NCBI GenBank assembly: GCA_041742135.1 | Contig: JBGSJG010000004.1 | Location: 235,773 to 299,772, forward strand | Direction of reading: 5' to 3' | Length of the DNA: 64,000 nt | DNA from: Patescibacteria group bacterium | GTDB taxonomy: Bacteria > Patescibacteriota > Microgenomatia > UBA8517 | In this document: piece by piece, positions 44,471-54,197 of the stretch | Layout of the letters: each line of letters opens with the position of its first letter | Numbering within the stretch: the first letter of the stretch is position 1 | Notes under the pieces: model-generated | Database searches by the model: none | The model's input: only the letters and a program-made list of their open reading frames with translations | What the model was told of the DNA's origin: nothing | Position numbers and translations under genes: made by a program

Positions 44471-46072
44471 ATGATGCATAACGCTGCGACTCGCCCAGAA
44501 CAGAGTTGGCTTTCTTGGTTCTTCCGAGGTCTTTTGATTCTTGGGGCCTTGATAATTTTTGCGAGGCTTGCAGAGCTTCAGGTAATTAAAGGCGCATATT
44601 TTCGATCCCTTGCCGAGGGAAACCGTATCCGCCACGTTCCAATAGTTGCGGCTCGGGGAAAAATTCTTGATCGAAATGGAGTTGTCATCGTAGATAACAC
44701 TCCTGTTAAAAAAACTGCAAAATTTGATCCCTTGGAAGGCTATACAAAAATTGACGCAGGAGATGCTCCTGAAAACGAAGTCATTACTGAATGGAAGCGA
44801 GAGTATGTGTATGGAGAAGTTTTTGGACACATAACTGGTTATCTAAACGAGGTCGACGCTAATGAAGTAAACAAGGTAGATGTGTCATGCCCGCAAAAAG
44901 GCTCAAGGCCATTGGGCTCATCTGTGGGGCGTGTGGGATTGGAACAATATTACGATTGTACATTGCGAGGAATTGATGGCGAAGAACTTGTAGAGGTGGA
45001 CACAATGGGAAACCGCATTCGCACACTGGGCCGCAAACAGCCAATTCCGGGCACTGATGTTAAAACTTCACTCGACTACAAACTTCAAAGGAAACTTGCT
45101 GAATCTATGAAAGACGTGGCAGGGGTTTCTGTTGTGAGTACTCCTGATGGTGAAGTTCTGGCCATGTACTCAGCGCCAAGTTTTGACCCAAATGTTTTTA
45201 TTGATCAAGACAATGAAGCGATTGGGGAGCTTTTGATAGATGAAAATTTACCAATGTTTAATCGCGCGATAGCTGGAACTTATCACCCCGGGTCAATCTA
45301 CAAGATAGTGACGGTAGCTGCGGCTGTAAACGAGGGCACGATTGATGAGGATTATACATATGTTGATACGGGGAGAATCACCATCGACGAGTTTGAATAC
45401 AGGAATTGGTATCTGACACAGTATGGCGGAGTTGAGGGCGAGATAAACGTTGTCCGGGCTTTTGCACGCTCTACGGACACATTTTTCTACGAAATAGGGG
45501 ACAAACTTGGGGCGGAGAAATTAGCCGAGTGGTCAAAAAAGTATGGTCTTGATAAACCGACTGGACTAGATTTGCCCGGTGAGGTTTCGGGACTTGTGCC
45601 ATCTCCAGAATGGAAAAAAGCTGTGAAGGGTGAGAGGTGGTTTTTGGGCAACACTTATCACATGGCGATTGGCCAGGGGGACTTGGCCGTGACGCCTTTG
45701 GAAAATCATAGGCTTGCCATGTCTGTGGCAAATGGCGGCAGCATTTGTAGTTTGGGTCTTGCGAAAGAGAGCAGTTGTACATTTTTGGGCCTTGAAGACA
45801 CTTCGATGGAGCTACTTAAAAAAGGTATGAAAGCTGCGTGCGATCCGGGAGGAACCGGTTCGCCATTTTTTGATTTTGAGCCCGATGTAGCTTGCAAAAC
45901 CGGAACTGCAGAAACAGGGCGGGAAGACGAGACTCATGCCTGGTTTAGTGTTTATGGCCCAATAGACGAGCCCAAATATGTTGTTACTGTTTTAGTTGAA
46001 AAAGGTGGGGAGGGTAGTAAAGTCGCAGCTCCAATCGCCCGTGAAGTTATGGACTTTATTTTTCATCCGTGA
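44471..46072 (+). CDS. mrdA: Class B penicillin-binding protein 2
   Basis: RG.I.DRNG, G..GLE..YD..LRG..G, PGSIYK (SxxK), STD, KTGTAE. Confidence 0.92.
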   Translation: MMHNAATRPEQSWLSWFFRGLLILGALIIFARLAELQVIKGAYFRSLAEGNRIRHVPIVAARGKILDRNGVVIVDNTPVKKTAKFDPLEGYTKIDAGDAPENEVITEWKREYVYGEVFGHITGYLNEVDANEVNKVDVSCPQKGSRPLGSSVGRVGLEQYYDCTLRGIDGEELVEVDTMGNRIRTLGRKQPIPGTDVKTSLDYKLQRKLAESMKDVAGVSVVSTPDGEVLAMYSAPSFDPNVFIDQDNEAIGELLIDENLPMFNRAIAGTYHPGSIYKIVTVAAAVNEGTIDEDYTYVDTGRITIDEFEYRNWYLTQYGGVEGEINVVRAFARSTDTFFYEIGDKLGAEKLAEWSKKYGLDKPTGLDLPGEVSGLVPSPEWKKAVKGERWFLGNTYHMAIGQGDLAVTPLENHRLAMSVANGGSICSLGLAKESSCTFLGLEDTSMELLKKGMKAACDPGGTGSPFFDFEPDVACKTGTAETGREDETHAWFSVYGPIDEPKYVVTVLVEKGGEGSKVAAPIAREVMDFIFHP

Positions 46073-46665
46073 GCCAAACACAGGATATCTACACAAAAGG
46101 AAAATTACTTAAAAGGGACGGCTTGGCTGTCGCAATAGTTGGAACTCGAACCCCAACTCGCTACGGGCGCGAAACTGCCTATAAATTTGCTTTCGAGTTA
46201 GCTAAGCATAAAGTGACAATTGTATCGGGGCTAGCTCGTGGCATTGATAGCGTTGCCCACAATGCAGCACTTGAGGCGGGCGGCCGCACAATTGCAGTGT
46301 TGGGAAGTGGGCTTGATATTATTTATCCGCCTGAGAACGCTGGCTTGGCAGAAAGGATTGCAAAACAGGGGGCAATAGTTACTCAATTTCCGCTAGGGAC
46401 CAAGCCTTTGGGTAAAAATTTTCTGGCTAGAAACCAACTTATTGCAAAACTTTCCAAAGCTATTTTGGTAGTTGAAGGGCGCGGCCGAAGCGGGACAATT
46501 TCAACTGCCAATCACGCTGCCAATTTGGGTGTGGAAGTGTTTGCGGTTCCAGGACCGATAAATTCTCCAATGTCTGAAGCTCCAAATTATTTAATTGGCG
46601 AAGGCGCGCGAATTGCCAAAAGCCCTGAAGATATTTTAGAGTATTTGGCCGAGTTCATGGTATAA
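46069..46665 (+). CDS. dprA: DNA-processing protein DprA (core domain only)
   Basis: VAIVGTR..T.YG, VSGLARGID, TIAVLG.G, F..RN..IA, VFAVPG. Confidence 0.93.
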   Translation: MSQTQDIYTKGKLLKRDGLAVAIVGTRTPTRYGRETAYKFAFELAKHKVTIVSGLARGIDSVAHNAALEAGGRTIAVLGSGLDIIYPPENAGLAERIAKQGAIVTQFPLGTKPLGKNFLARNQLIAKLSKAILVVEGRGRSGTISTANHAANLGVEVFAVPGPINSPMSEAPNYLIGEGARIAKSPEDILEYLAEFMV

Positions 46666-46674
46666 TTCCCGACT

Positions 46675-47781
46675 ATGCAGGATCGGGATCGCGGGCTAAC
46701 CAGACGTGGGTTTATTAAGGCCGCAGCCATACTGTCTCTTGCGCCTCTTGTTGTGGGCTTTCCCTCAGAATCCACGCCACAGACACCAGAAAAGAAACTC
46801 TTAAGTGATAACGAACTAACTGAGCTATTGTTAACAACGAACAATTCTACTAACAGCTTTGAGCGACGCGAAGCTATTGCAAAGAATATGGGGAACACAC
46901 AGAATATTGCTGAGCTTGTAAATCGAGATGGACTGAACAGATTTTTTTTGGGGGTTGGTTCAGAACAAAATGGCTCATATCTAAATGAAATAGTTGTCAA
47001 AATTAACAGAATTCCAGATGGCTCTCGTACAAGCCCCGAGGCAAATAATATTTCCACAGAATCGGCGCGAGTTAACTATGAAGTAACATTGGGCCCTAGT
47101 TTGGCACCGCCAATTTGGGCTGAACTGCTTTATGGTGAAACCCAGCCTAACGGTGGTTATACAAATAGCCGTATTGTTTCAAGAGAAACTTTGCTTAACA
47201 TTCTTGAAAATATTAAGCAAGATTCGAAGTGCGGTCTAATATTGGGCGCTAATTTTGGTAGCGAGTCTACTTTTGGCTTAACTTGCGTAAGCGAGCAAAT
47301 TGACCCACATTCAATAGAAACATACGACCATATGCTGGGCTTATTGTCGGCGCCCAATTTTACACAAACCAGTGTTACCCGGCCGTATCGAGGATCTGAC
47401 CATGTGTTGATTGGCGGTGTTGTCCGCGAAAGCCTACCTAGCCAGGTCGAGATTCAAAATGTGCCTGTGTTAATTGACGGAAGGCTCCCCAGGATGGCGC
47501 CGTTTTCGAGCTTTAAAGCCGTTCACGAAATAGATACACGGCCGCAGTATATTGCCAATAGTACAAGAGTTGGTTTGGAAACTCACGATTTTGAACAGCA
47601 GTTCATGCAGCTAACCTTAGATCATGGTTATGCTTCTGTAGTTGATAGCCCACACGGTATATACATCGATGCTTCAAAGCCTGTGCCTTGTGGTGCTTAC
47701 TCGGTTTTTGATTATGACTTAACGCGCGCTGCGGTCTCGGCGTTTAATTCACCAGCCAGGCTTAGCGGCGTTTTGGCATAA
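46675..47781 (+). CDS. Hypothetical protein with twin-arginine-like N-terminus
   Basis: LTRRGFIK followed by a hydrophobic stretch. Confidence 0.65.
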   Translation: MQDRDRGLTRRGFIKAAAILSLAPLVVGFPSESTPQTPEKKLLSDNELTELLLTTNNSTNSFERREAIAKNMGNTQNIAELVNRDGLNRFFLGVGSEQNGSYLNEIVVKINRIPDGSRTSPEANNISTESARVNYEVTLGPSLAPPIWAELLYGETQPNGGYTNSRIVSRETLLNILENIKQDSKCGLILGANFGSESTFGLTCVSEQIDPHSIETYDHMLGLLSAPNFTQTSVTRPYRGSDHVLIGGVVRESLPSQVEIQNVPVLIDGRLPRMAPFSSFKAVHEIDTRPQYIANSTRVGLETHDFEQQFMQLTLDHGYASVVDSPHGIYIDASKPVPCGAYSVFDYDLTRAAVSAFNSPARLSGVLA

Positions 47782-47846
47782 TAGCCACAACTTCTTATCA
47801 TTACTTGACAGTACTGGTAAACTTCATGTTTAGTAAAGGAACTAGA

Positions 47847-49823
47847 ATGGACCTAATAATAGTCGAGTCGCCAACGAAAGCTAAGACCTTGGGAAAGTTT
47901 TTGGGCAAGGGATATTCAGTGGAAGCCACGATGGGCCACATCAAAGATCTGCCCAAAAGCAAGCTTGGGGTCGATGTGGAAAAAAACTTCAAACCTGATT
48001 ACTTGGTGGTTGAGCGCCAAGCCAAGACAATAAAAACTCTCTTAACAGAGGCAAAAAAGGCCAAGATAATTTATCTAGCTACAGATCCTGATCGTGAAGG
48101 CGAGGCTATAAGTGCTCATGTAGCTGAAATTTTGGAAGAAAACAAACTCAAAGATAAAGTAACTAAGCGCATAGTTTTCCATGAAATTACAAAAAGCGCC
48201 GTGGAAGAAGCGCTCGCGCACCCTCGAAAAGTTGATAAAAATTTGGTGGATGCACAAATTGCGCGCCGTGTTTTGGACCGCTTGGTCGGGTATAAGCTTT
48301 CCCCGCTTTTATGGAAAAAAGTTCGCCGCGGGCTTTCTGCAGGGCGTGTTCAATCCGTTGCGGTTCGCTTAATTGTTGAGCGGGAAGACGAGATCGCGAA
48401 ATTTAAACCAGTCGAGTACTGGGAAATCGGCTCAACTGTCAAAGCTGCGAAAGGGCCCTTTGACGTGGCGTTAGCAAAAATTGACGATAAAAAAGCCGAG
48501 GTGCACACAGAAGTTGAAGCTCAAAAAATCGTAGCTGATTTAGAAAAATCTGGGTACAGCGTATCTGACGTTCGCAAAAAAGAAGTCAAAAAACATCCGT
48601 ACCCTCCTTTTACTACTTCCACCATGACTCAGGCTGCGGCGCGCCTTTTTGGATGGTCGGCCAAAAAAACCATGACTATGGCCCAGATTCTTTATGAAAA
48701 CGGTCTTATTACTTATCACAGAACGGATTCGCTTAATTTGGCCGCGAGCGCTATTGAATCGGTTCGTGGAATGATAACTTCAGATTACGGAGCGGCGTAT
48801 CTCCCACAAGACGCAAGGTTTTATAAAAACCGCTCAAAAAATGCTCAAGAAGCGCACGAGGCAATTCGCCCTACTGATGTAGCTGTTAAAAAAGATGATG
48901 AGAAACTTGAGAAGCTCGATGGCAATGACACCAAAAAACTTTACGATTTAATCTGGAAGCGTTTTGTAAGTTGCCAAATGACGGAGTCGATTTATGATCA
49001 GACTTCAGTAGATGTAGTAGCTGACAAATATTTACTGCGTGCCAGTGGCCAGATTATGAAGTTTGATGGTTGGCGAAAGCTTTTCCCCAAAGCTGTCGAA
49101 GAAGGCGAGATCACGCTTCCGGAAATCCAAAAAGGGGAAAAGCTTGATTTAATCAAGGTCAATTCAACACAAAAGTTCACTCAACCGCCAGCCAGATTTA
49201 ACGAAGCTTCTTTGATTAAAACTCTCGAGGCTTTGGGAATTGGAAGACCGTCCACTTACGCGCCAACAATTTCTACGATTCAGATTAGAAATTATGTGGA
49301 GAAAAAAGATGGCAAATTTTTCGCGACTCCCATTGGTTCAGCTGTTACGGAATTTTTAGTTAAAAATTTCGCTGACACTTTTGAATATGATTTTACTGCA
49401 GCCATGGAGGATGATTTGGACCGAGTCGCAAATGGCAAAGCTGTTTGGGAGCGCGAGCTGGGGATATTTTGGAAACCCTTTGAAAAGAAACTAAAAAGTG
49501 TAGAAAAAAATGCCGAGCGCGTCAAAATCGAAACTGAAAAGCTTAACCTTCCATGCCCAGATTGCGGGAAAGAACATAAAGGTGAATTGGTTATTCGAAT
49601 TGGAAGATTTGGAAAATTTATAAGTTGCAGCCGCTTCCCGGATTGCAAATACACGGCCAAGTATATAGAAAAAATTGATATGGAATGCCCCAAATGCGGC
49701 GAGGGCGATGTGATTGTTAAAAAGACAGGCAAAGGCAGAACTTTTTTTGGTTGTTCCCGTTATCCAGAGTGTGATTGGGCTAGCTGGAAAAATCCTCAAA
49801 AAGAAGTGGCAACAGCTTCGTAA
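47847..49823 (+). CDS. topA: DNA topoisomerase I
   Basis: IVESP.KAK, ATDPDREGE, SAGRVQS, ITYHRTDS, QEAHEAIRPT, GIGRPSTY, C-terminal Zn ribbons. Confidence 0.98.
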   Translation: MDLIIVESPTKAKTLGKFLGKGYSVEATMGHIKDLPKSKLGVDVEKNFKPDYLVVERQAKTIKTLLTEAKKAKIIYLATDPDREGEAISAHVAEILEENKLKDKVTKRIVFHEITKSAVEEALAHPRKVDKNLVDAQIARRVLDRLVGYKLSPLLWKKVRRGLSAGRVQSVAVRLIVEREDEIAKFKPVEYWEIGSTVKAAKGPFDVALAKIDDKKAEVHTEVEAQKIVADLEKSGYSVSDVRKKEVKKHPYPPFTTSTMTQAAARLFGWSAKKTMTMAQILYENGLITYHRTDSLNLAASAIESVRGMITSDYGAAYLPQDARFYKNRSKNAQEAHEAIRPTDVAVKKDDEKLEKLDGNDTKKLYDLIWKRFVSCQMTESIYDQTSVDVVADKYLLRASGQIMKFDGWRKLFPKAVEEGEITLPEIQKGEKLDLIKVNSTQKFTQPPARFNEASLIKTLEALGIGRPSTYAPTISTIQIRNYVEKKDGKFFATPIGSAVTEFLVKNFADTFEYDFTAAMEDDLDRVANGKAVWERELGIFWKPFEKKLKSVEKNAERVKIETEKLNLPCPDCGKEHKGELVIRIGRFGKFISCSRFPDCKYTAKYIEKIDMECPKCGEGDVIVKKTGKGRTFFGCSRYPECDWASWKNPQKEVATAS

Positions 49824-49877
49824 CACTTTCTTCATATTGCTTTTGTTAAATTGCTCTGTTAAAACTTATATGCTTTC

Positions 49878-50441
49878 ATGATTTTGTCTGACCGCGATAT
49901 AAAAAAAGAAATTAAAAACAAGCGGCTTACTATCACTCCTTATAATTCAAATTTTGTCCAACCGGCAAGCTACGATGTTACATTAGGCTCTGAAGTTAGG
50001 GTCTTTAAAAATACCCAGAAGGCATATTTGGATGTAAAAGAAGATGCTTCTGGTTTTATGGAGCTTATTAAAATTCCAAAATCTAAACCACTGATTGTGC
50101 ACCCCGGAGAATTTATGTTGGGTACAACGCTCGAGAGAGTCAGTTTGCCTGACGATATCGTTGGACAACTAAATGGGCGAAGCTCTCTTGGAAGATTGGG
50201 ACTTATAATTCATGCAACAGCGGGCTATGTTGACCCGGGTTTTGAAGGATTTCTAACTCTGGAAATGACAAATGTATCTAATATTCCAATTGCACTTTAT
50301 CCCGGGATGAGAATTGGCCAAATTGCATTTTTAAAATTATCATCTCCGTCTGAAAAACCATATGGACCGGCCAAAGGCAGTAAATATAAAGGGCAAAAAG
50401 GCCCAACTGAGAGCCGTATTTGGAAGGATTTTACAAAATGA
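49878..50441 (+). CDS. dcd: dCTP deaminase
   Basis: ILSDRDI, QPASYD, GRSSLGRLG, TAG.VDPGF.G.LTLE, SKY.GQ.GPT.SR. Confidence 0.95.
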   Translation: MILSDRDIKKEIKNKRLTITPYNSNFVQPASYDVTLGSEVRVFKNTQKAYLDVKEDASGFMELIKIPKSKPLIVHPGEFMLGTTLERVSLPDDIVGQLNGRSSLGRLGLIIHATAGYVDPGFEGFLTLEMTNVSNIPIALYPGMRIGQIAFLKLSSPSEKPYGPAKGSKYKGQKGPTESRIWKDFTK

Positions 50442-51322
50442 AATTAATTACACCGAAAGCCTTTCCGGCTATCCACGCCAAAGTTTTCTCCACCAAAGCC
50501 GGCACACTTTATACCAAAGAACCCGGGGTTGTTATGGTTGCAGGGCCAGCTATTAACCTTGAAGGAATGCTGCCCTTTTTGAAAGGTTTTCCAAAAGAAT
50601 ATGAATTTGATAGTTACTTAAGTGATCGCAAAAAATTGCCTCCGGCGGAAGCGCTTGTAAAAGTCTCAGGCCAAGTTTGCTACGCCAGTTACGGCCCTAA
50701 AAGAACTTACAATAAAGATGTCGAGCGCTATATTGGAAACCTTATTTCTTCAGGGCACGGATCAGTTTTAGAGCATCCTAATTTTTCATTATTAATGTAT
50801 GGGGTATCTCGAAGCATGACCCACGAGCTTGTTCGCCACAGGGCCGGCATGGCTTACTCAATGCTTTCCCAAAGATATGTTTCTGGCCGGGTGCTTAGAT
50901 TTGTGGAGAGACCAGAATATCAAGACAATAAGAAACTGCACAAACTTTTTGAAAATCGCATTGATCGTGCAAGGCTAGAATATGAAGCGATGGCGCAAGA
51001 ACTTCTTAAACTTCAAGGCGAGGGAGATAAAAAATTAACTGCTGAGGCAGCAACAGATGCCAGAAAAAGAGTTCAGCAAACTGCACGCTCGATTTTGCCC
51101 AATGAAACTGAGACTGTAATTATGGTTACGGGGAATGCGCGGGCTTGGAGGCATATTATCAATATGCGCGCGAGTGATCATGCAGAGGTGGAAATAAGAA
51201 AGGTGGCTTTTGCAGCTTATAAGATCCTAAAAGAAGTCTCGCCGGTAATTTTTTCAGATTATAAAGAGGAAAAACTTCCAGATGGAACTTGGTGTGTGAA
51301 GACGGAATATCCAAAGGTGTGA
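50438..51322 (+). CDS. thyX: Flavin-dependent thymidylate synthase
   Basis: GH.SVLEH, SR..THELVRHR....S..SQRYV, AR..LPN, N.R.WRH. Confidence 0.95.
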   Translation: MKLITPKAFPAIHAKVFSTKAGTLYTKEPGVVMVAGPAINLEGMLPFLKGFPKEYEFDSYLSDRKKLPPAEALVKVSGQVCYASYGPKRTYNKDVERYIGNLISSGHGSVLEHPNFSLLMYGVSRSMTHELVRHRAGMAYSMLSQRYVSGRVLRFVERPEYQDNKKLHKLFENRIDRARLEYEAMAQELLKLQGEGDKKLTAEAATDARKRVQQTARSILPNETETVIMVTGNARAWRHIINMRASDHAEVEIRKVAFAAYKILKEVSPVIFSDYKEEKLPDGTWCVKTEYPKV

Positions 51323-51324
51323 GT

Positions 51325-51972
51325 ATGACAGAAGTTCTAAGACGAAGAGGGGAAATTAACGTTACTACTGGAACAATGAGTAGCGGGAAGACAGAAGAGT
51401 TGATCCGAAGACTTCGTCGCGGGGTTATTGCTCGACAAAAAGTTCAAGCATTTTATCCTGACATGTCAGAAAGAAGGCACCCCGGTACTATCAATTCTGC
51501 GAACTGGGCTTCCTTTCCCGCTGAACCCTTTGATGCTACTGATCCTGCAGTGCTTCTTGAAATGATCGATGAAGATACTACGATGGTTGGCGTTGATGAA
51601 ATACAATTCTTGCCAGTTGAATATGTTAAAGTATGCATGGAGTTAAGAGCTATGGGGGTCACTGTCCACAACAGTTCTCTGGATATGAATTTTAGAGGAG
51701 AGCCTTTTGGCGAAACACCTGGGCGGCTTATGTCTGTGGCTTTTGATGTACAAAAATTACACGCTGTGTGCGTACAATGTGGCGAAGATGCCACAGTTCC
51801 TCAGAGATTGGTGAAAAATCACAACGGAAGGTGGGTGCCCGCACCTGCGTCGTCTGGAGTTGTAGCAGTCGCGGGTGTAACTACAGAGGGAAACGGAGGG
51901 TCTTCTGGGGTTATCTATGAAGCGCGATGCTGGGAGTGCCATCAGCTTCCTGATGAAATTGATGAAAATTAA
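51325..51972 (+). CDS. tdk: Thymidine kinase
   Basis: G.M.SGKTEELIRR, DEIQF, D..FRGEPF, C..C, YEARC..C. Confidence 0.92.
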   Translation: MTEVLRRRGEINVTTGTMSSGKTEELIRRLRRGVIARQKVQAFYPDMSERRHPGTINSANWASFPAEPFDATDPAVLLEMIDEDTTMVGVDEIQFLPVEYVKVCMELRAMGVTVHNSSLDMNFRGEPFGETPGRLMSVAFDVQKLHAVCVQCGEDATVPQRLVKNHNGRWVPAPASSGVVAVAGVTTEGNGGSSGVIYEARCWECHQLPDEIDEN

Positions 51973-52595
51973 TGAAGGGTAAATTCATAGTCATTGAAGG
52001 AGTTGGGGGATCTGGGAAAACCGAACAACTTAAAAAAATCTCCGAATACTTAAAATCTAAAAAAATTAAATTTATTGCTACTCGTGAACCGGGGGGAGTC
52101 CCCGAAGCAGAGTTTATACGAAGCCTTATTTTTGATCTTAAAGCCAAAGGCTTAAGTAATTCCGATCATGAAATTGCGCTTTTTTCTGCCGCCCGCAAAA
52201 TCTGGATGGAGCGGGTTGTCATCCCGAATCTTGAAAAAGGAATCCATGTAATTTCCGACCGCACTTATTTTTCAACCGCTGCCTATCAGGGATTTGGGGA
52301 AGCTGGCGATATCGACAAAATCGAAAAAATATCTGAAGTGGTACTCGGCAAATATAAGCCCGATAAAGTCATTCTTCTGGATGTTTCAGTGGCTACCGCA
52401 ATGAAGAGAAACTCGCAAAACAAAGACGGAGATCCATTCGATGATTTGGAAAAGGCATTTTTTGGCCGCGTAACTCGCGGCTATCGCAAAATGGCAAAAG
52501 AGGCTTGGGGAGGGGTGGATTGGGTAGTGGTGGATGGGGAGCGCGATATTGACGGCGTTTTTGCGCAAATCACGAAAGTAGTACAATACTTGTAA
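51972..52595 (+). CDS. tmk: Thymidylate kinase
   Basis: FIVIEG..GSGKT, TREPGG, SDR...ST.AYQG. Confidence 0.95.
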   Translation: MKGKFIVIEGVGGSGKTEQLKKISEYLKSKKIKFIATREPGGVPEAEFIRSLIFDLKAKGLSNSDHEIALFSAARKIWMERVVIPNLEKGIHVISDRTYFSTAAYQGFGEAGDIDKIEKISEVVLGKYKPDKVILLDVSVATAMKRNSQNKDGDPFDDLEKAFFGRVTRGYRKMAKEAWGGVDWVVVDGERDIDGVFAQITKVVQYL

Positions 52596-53908
52596 TGGAC
52601 CGTATACTTCAACTCATTAAACAGGAAAAAAAGAGGCAGCAGGAAACTTTAATGATGATTCCTTCTGAAAATTATACTTATCCGGAGGTTCGAGAGGCAG
52701 TCGGGTCGGTACTCATGCATAAGTATTCTGAGGGGTATCCCAAAAAAAGATATTATCAGGGCAATACCAATGTCGATGAGATTGAGCTTCTTTGCCAAAA
52801 GCGTGCTCTTGAGGCTTTTGGTTTACGCGAAGATAAATGGCATGTAAATGTTCAGGGCTATTCTGGAACGCCCGCGAATGTGGCGGTTTTTAACGCGCTA
52901 CTTAATCCGGGGGACAAAATAATGGCTATGTTTTTGCCGGAGGGCGGACATCTTTCCCACGGCTGGATGTATAAAGACAAAAAAATTACTTTCACCTCCA
53001 AAGTTTTCAACATTAGTTATTATCATGTTGATCCAAAAACTAATGTATTTAATTATGAGCAAATTGCGAAAGTAGCGAAAAAAGTTAAGCCAAAATTAAT
53101 TATTTCCGGAGGCACGGCATATCCCCGCCAAATAAATTACAAAAAAATGGCAGCAATTGCCAGGTCGGTTAACGCATATTATTTGGCTGACATCGCTCAC
53201 GAAGCGGGGCTTGTGGCGGGCGGTGCGAACGACTCGCCATTTCCACATGCGGACGTAGTTACCATGACTACCCACAAGACGTTAAGGGGACCAAGAGGTG
53301 CGATTATTATTTGCAAAAAAGATTTGGGGGACGCGATCGATGCATCGATTTTCCCCGGCCTTCAGGGTGGTCCGCATAATCACACAATCGCAGGAATTGC
53401 GATTGCTTTAGAAAAAACCAAAAGCGCGGCATTCAAAAAATATGCAAGGCAAACAGTTAAAAATGCCAAGACATTGGCTGCTGAGCTATCGCGCCTTGGC
53501 TTTGAAATTGTCTCGGGGGGCACTGAAAAACATTTGGTGCTTGTTGATTTACGGACGAAAAACATTAGCGGCTGGTATGTGGGTTGGGCCTTGGAGGCCG
53601 CAGGCATTATTGCCAATAGAAACACTATTCCAAACGATCCTGCCTCGCCGTACTATCCTTCGGGACTTCGGCTTGGGACTCCGGCTTTGACAGCTCGTGG
53701 AATGGGTGAGGTTGAAATGAAAAAGATCGCCAAGTGGATTGCCAGCGTTGTAGAAAAAGTTGGGGAGCGAACAATGCCAACGGATCCAGAAGAGAGACTT
53801 AAAAGTCTTAAAGCATTTAAGCAAGAGGTTGCAGGAGGTGCTTTTTATAAAAGCATTAATAAAGAAGTCCGCGCTCTGTGTAAAAAATTCCCCATAGATC
53901 TGGCTTAA
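52595..53908 (+). CDS. glyA: Serine hydroxymethyltransferase
   Basis: PSEN, YSEGYP..RYY, GGHLSHG, TTHKTLRGPRG, FPGLQGGP, SGLRLGTP. Confidence 0.97.
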   Translation: MDRILQLIKQEKKRQQETLMMIPSENYTYPEVREAVGSVLMHKYSEGYPKKRYYQGNTNVDEIELLCQKRALEAFGLREDKWHVNVQGYSGTPANVAVFNALLNPGDKIMAMFLPEGGHLSHGWMYKDKKITFTSKVFNISYYHVDPKTNVFNYEQIAKVAKKVKPKLIISGGTAYPRQINYKKMAAIARSVNAYYLADIAHEAGLVAGGANDSPFPHADVVTMTTHKTLRGPRGAIIICKKDLGDAIDASIFPGLQGGPHNHTIAGIAIALEKTKSAAFKKYARQTVKNAKTLAAELSRLGFEIVSGGTEKHLVLVDLRTKNISGWYVGWALEAAGIIANRNTIPNDPASPYYPSGLRLGTPALTARGMGEVEMKKIAKWIASVVEKVGERTMPTDPEERLKSLKAFKQEVAGGAFYKSINKEVRALCKKFPIDLA

Positions 53909-54132
53909 GTTATTTTCTTTGGAGAGCCTGTGGTGTACGGTGTTGCTCCTGAATAAGTGATATTGCACCCCGTAATCGCCTCGTCGCTACATCTGCGCCT
54001 GCCGTCTTTTGCGTTTCCACTTGTATTGGCAAGAGGGCAAAATTTACAAACCCAGTAGCCGAGAAATTTCCCGTTCTGCCGATTATATCTTTCTATTGGT
54101 CCGTTAATTCCTTCGTGGCTTCGCTCAGGCAT
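53905..54132 (-). CDS. Small Cys-containing hypothetical protein
   Basis: CKFC...C...C; 5' end overlaps a REP-like sequence. Confidence 0.4.
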   Translation of the reverse strand: MPERSHEGINGPIERYNRQNGKFLGYWVCKFCPLANTSGNAKDGRRRCSDEAITGCNITYSGATPYTTGSPKKIT

Positions 54133-54197
54133 ATGTTATTTTATCAGTTCGTTGCCACCCTTATCTCGATTGTGGCTGATTTTTGGTACAATAGCGC

